64,000 bases of DNA, taken from NCBI GenBank assembly GCA_046484745.1, contig JAWOIJ010000068.1, forward strand, positions 68,076-132,075, written 5' to 3'. Position numbers and translations under genes: made by a program. The notes under the pieces were generated by a model. The model was not told where the DNA came from and ran no database searches. It saw only the letters and a program-made list of their open reading frames with translations. This DNA comes from Desulfobacterales bacterium. GTDB lineage: Bacteria > Desulfobacterota > Desulfobacteria > Desulfobacterales > SURF-7. Shown here piece by piece: positions 63,952 through 64,000 of the stretch. Numbering within the stretch: position 1 is the first letter of the stretch; the number at the start of each line of letters is the position of its first letter.

Positions 63952-64000
63952 CTTTTTGGGTCTTCGTGGTGTTATGGGGAAAATGATAAAGGCAGATTGA

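Noticed and set aside
1-64000. A search for CRISPR arrays, tRNA or rRNA genes, transposases, integrases or phage genes.
   Set aside because: I saw no regularly spaced direct repeats, no cloverleaf-compatible conserved tRNA motifs in the intergenic regions, and no ORF with transposase, integrase or Cas signatures. A covariance-model scan would be needed to exclude small RNAs.

Overview
This is a 64-kb chromosomal segment that looks like a strictly anaerobic deltaproteobacterium (Desulfobacterales-like), judged only from gene content; no database search was possible. All calls come from motif and family recognition in the supplied ORF translations plus my own reading of both strands.

Gene content, left to right:
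- 1-8 kb: a redox and oxidative-stress block with an aconitase fragment, an AhpF-like thioredoxin reductase fusion, a rubredoxin-domain membrane protein, citrate synthase, MntP, an FTR-like/glutaredoxin-like pair and a YyaL thioredoxin-domain protein.
- 8.4-10.4 kb: an orphan Ni-CO dehydrogenase, cooS.
- 10.8-13.8 kb: a yqjD/yqjE/elaB-like membrane stress operon and an AI-2E transporter.
- 13.8-17.4 kb: a translationally coupled operon of an unknown protein, a KaiC-like double ATPase and a GGDEF-EAL protein.
- 17.6-24.3 kb: a GDSL lipase, a Met-rich periplasmic protein, a SagB-type double nitroreductase with a small partner, HdrCB-like proteins, a rubrerythrin-like protein and a DUF2156 protein.
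- 24.4-33.7 kb: CoA-disulfide reductase-rhodanese, CopA/CopZ, Tpx, KorAB, a flavodiiron protein and a rubredoxin that the ORF track misses.
- 34-41.4 kb: nqrABCDEF and a TolC-like protein.
- 41.7-50.4 kb: a GH130/GT4/alpha-glucan phosphorylase cluster.
- 50.9-64 kb: an envelope block with a PEP-CTERM ice-binding-like protein, an outer membrane barrel, cardiolipin synthase, a BON/OsmY-like protein, MlaE, MlaF and MlaD, a PilZ protein, duplicated micro-genes, a LapA-like protein, and an ABM plus B12-radical-SAM operon.

The most interesting signal is non-coding. A conserved intergenic module is present in five copies. Each copy has tandem GGTCATATATGACC palindromes, then an AT-rich block, then TGGCAC-N5-TTGAA. 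Every copy faces an envelope or stress operon. The layout matches enhancer-dependent sigma54 promoters, which suggests a dedicated stress regulon.

Other points worth a second look:
- Recurrent sigma54-like promoters with GA instead of GC at -12.
- An MlaF ATPase fused to a degenerate GGDEF domain.
- The KaiC-like operon ending in a c-di-GMP enzyme.
- A tandem duplication of micro-ORFs built on the 5' remnant of a glucan phosphorylase paralog.

I saw no rRNA, tRNA, CRISPR array, transposase or integrase.
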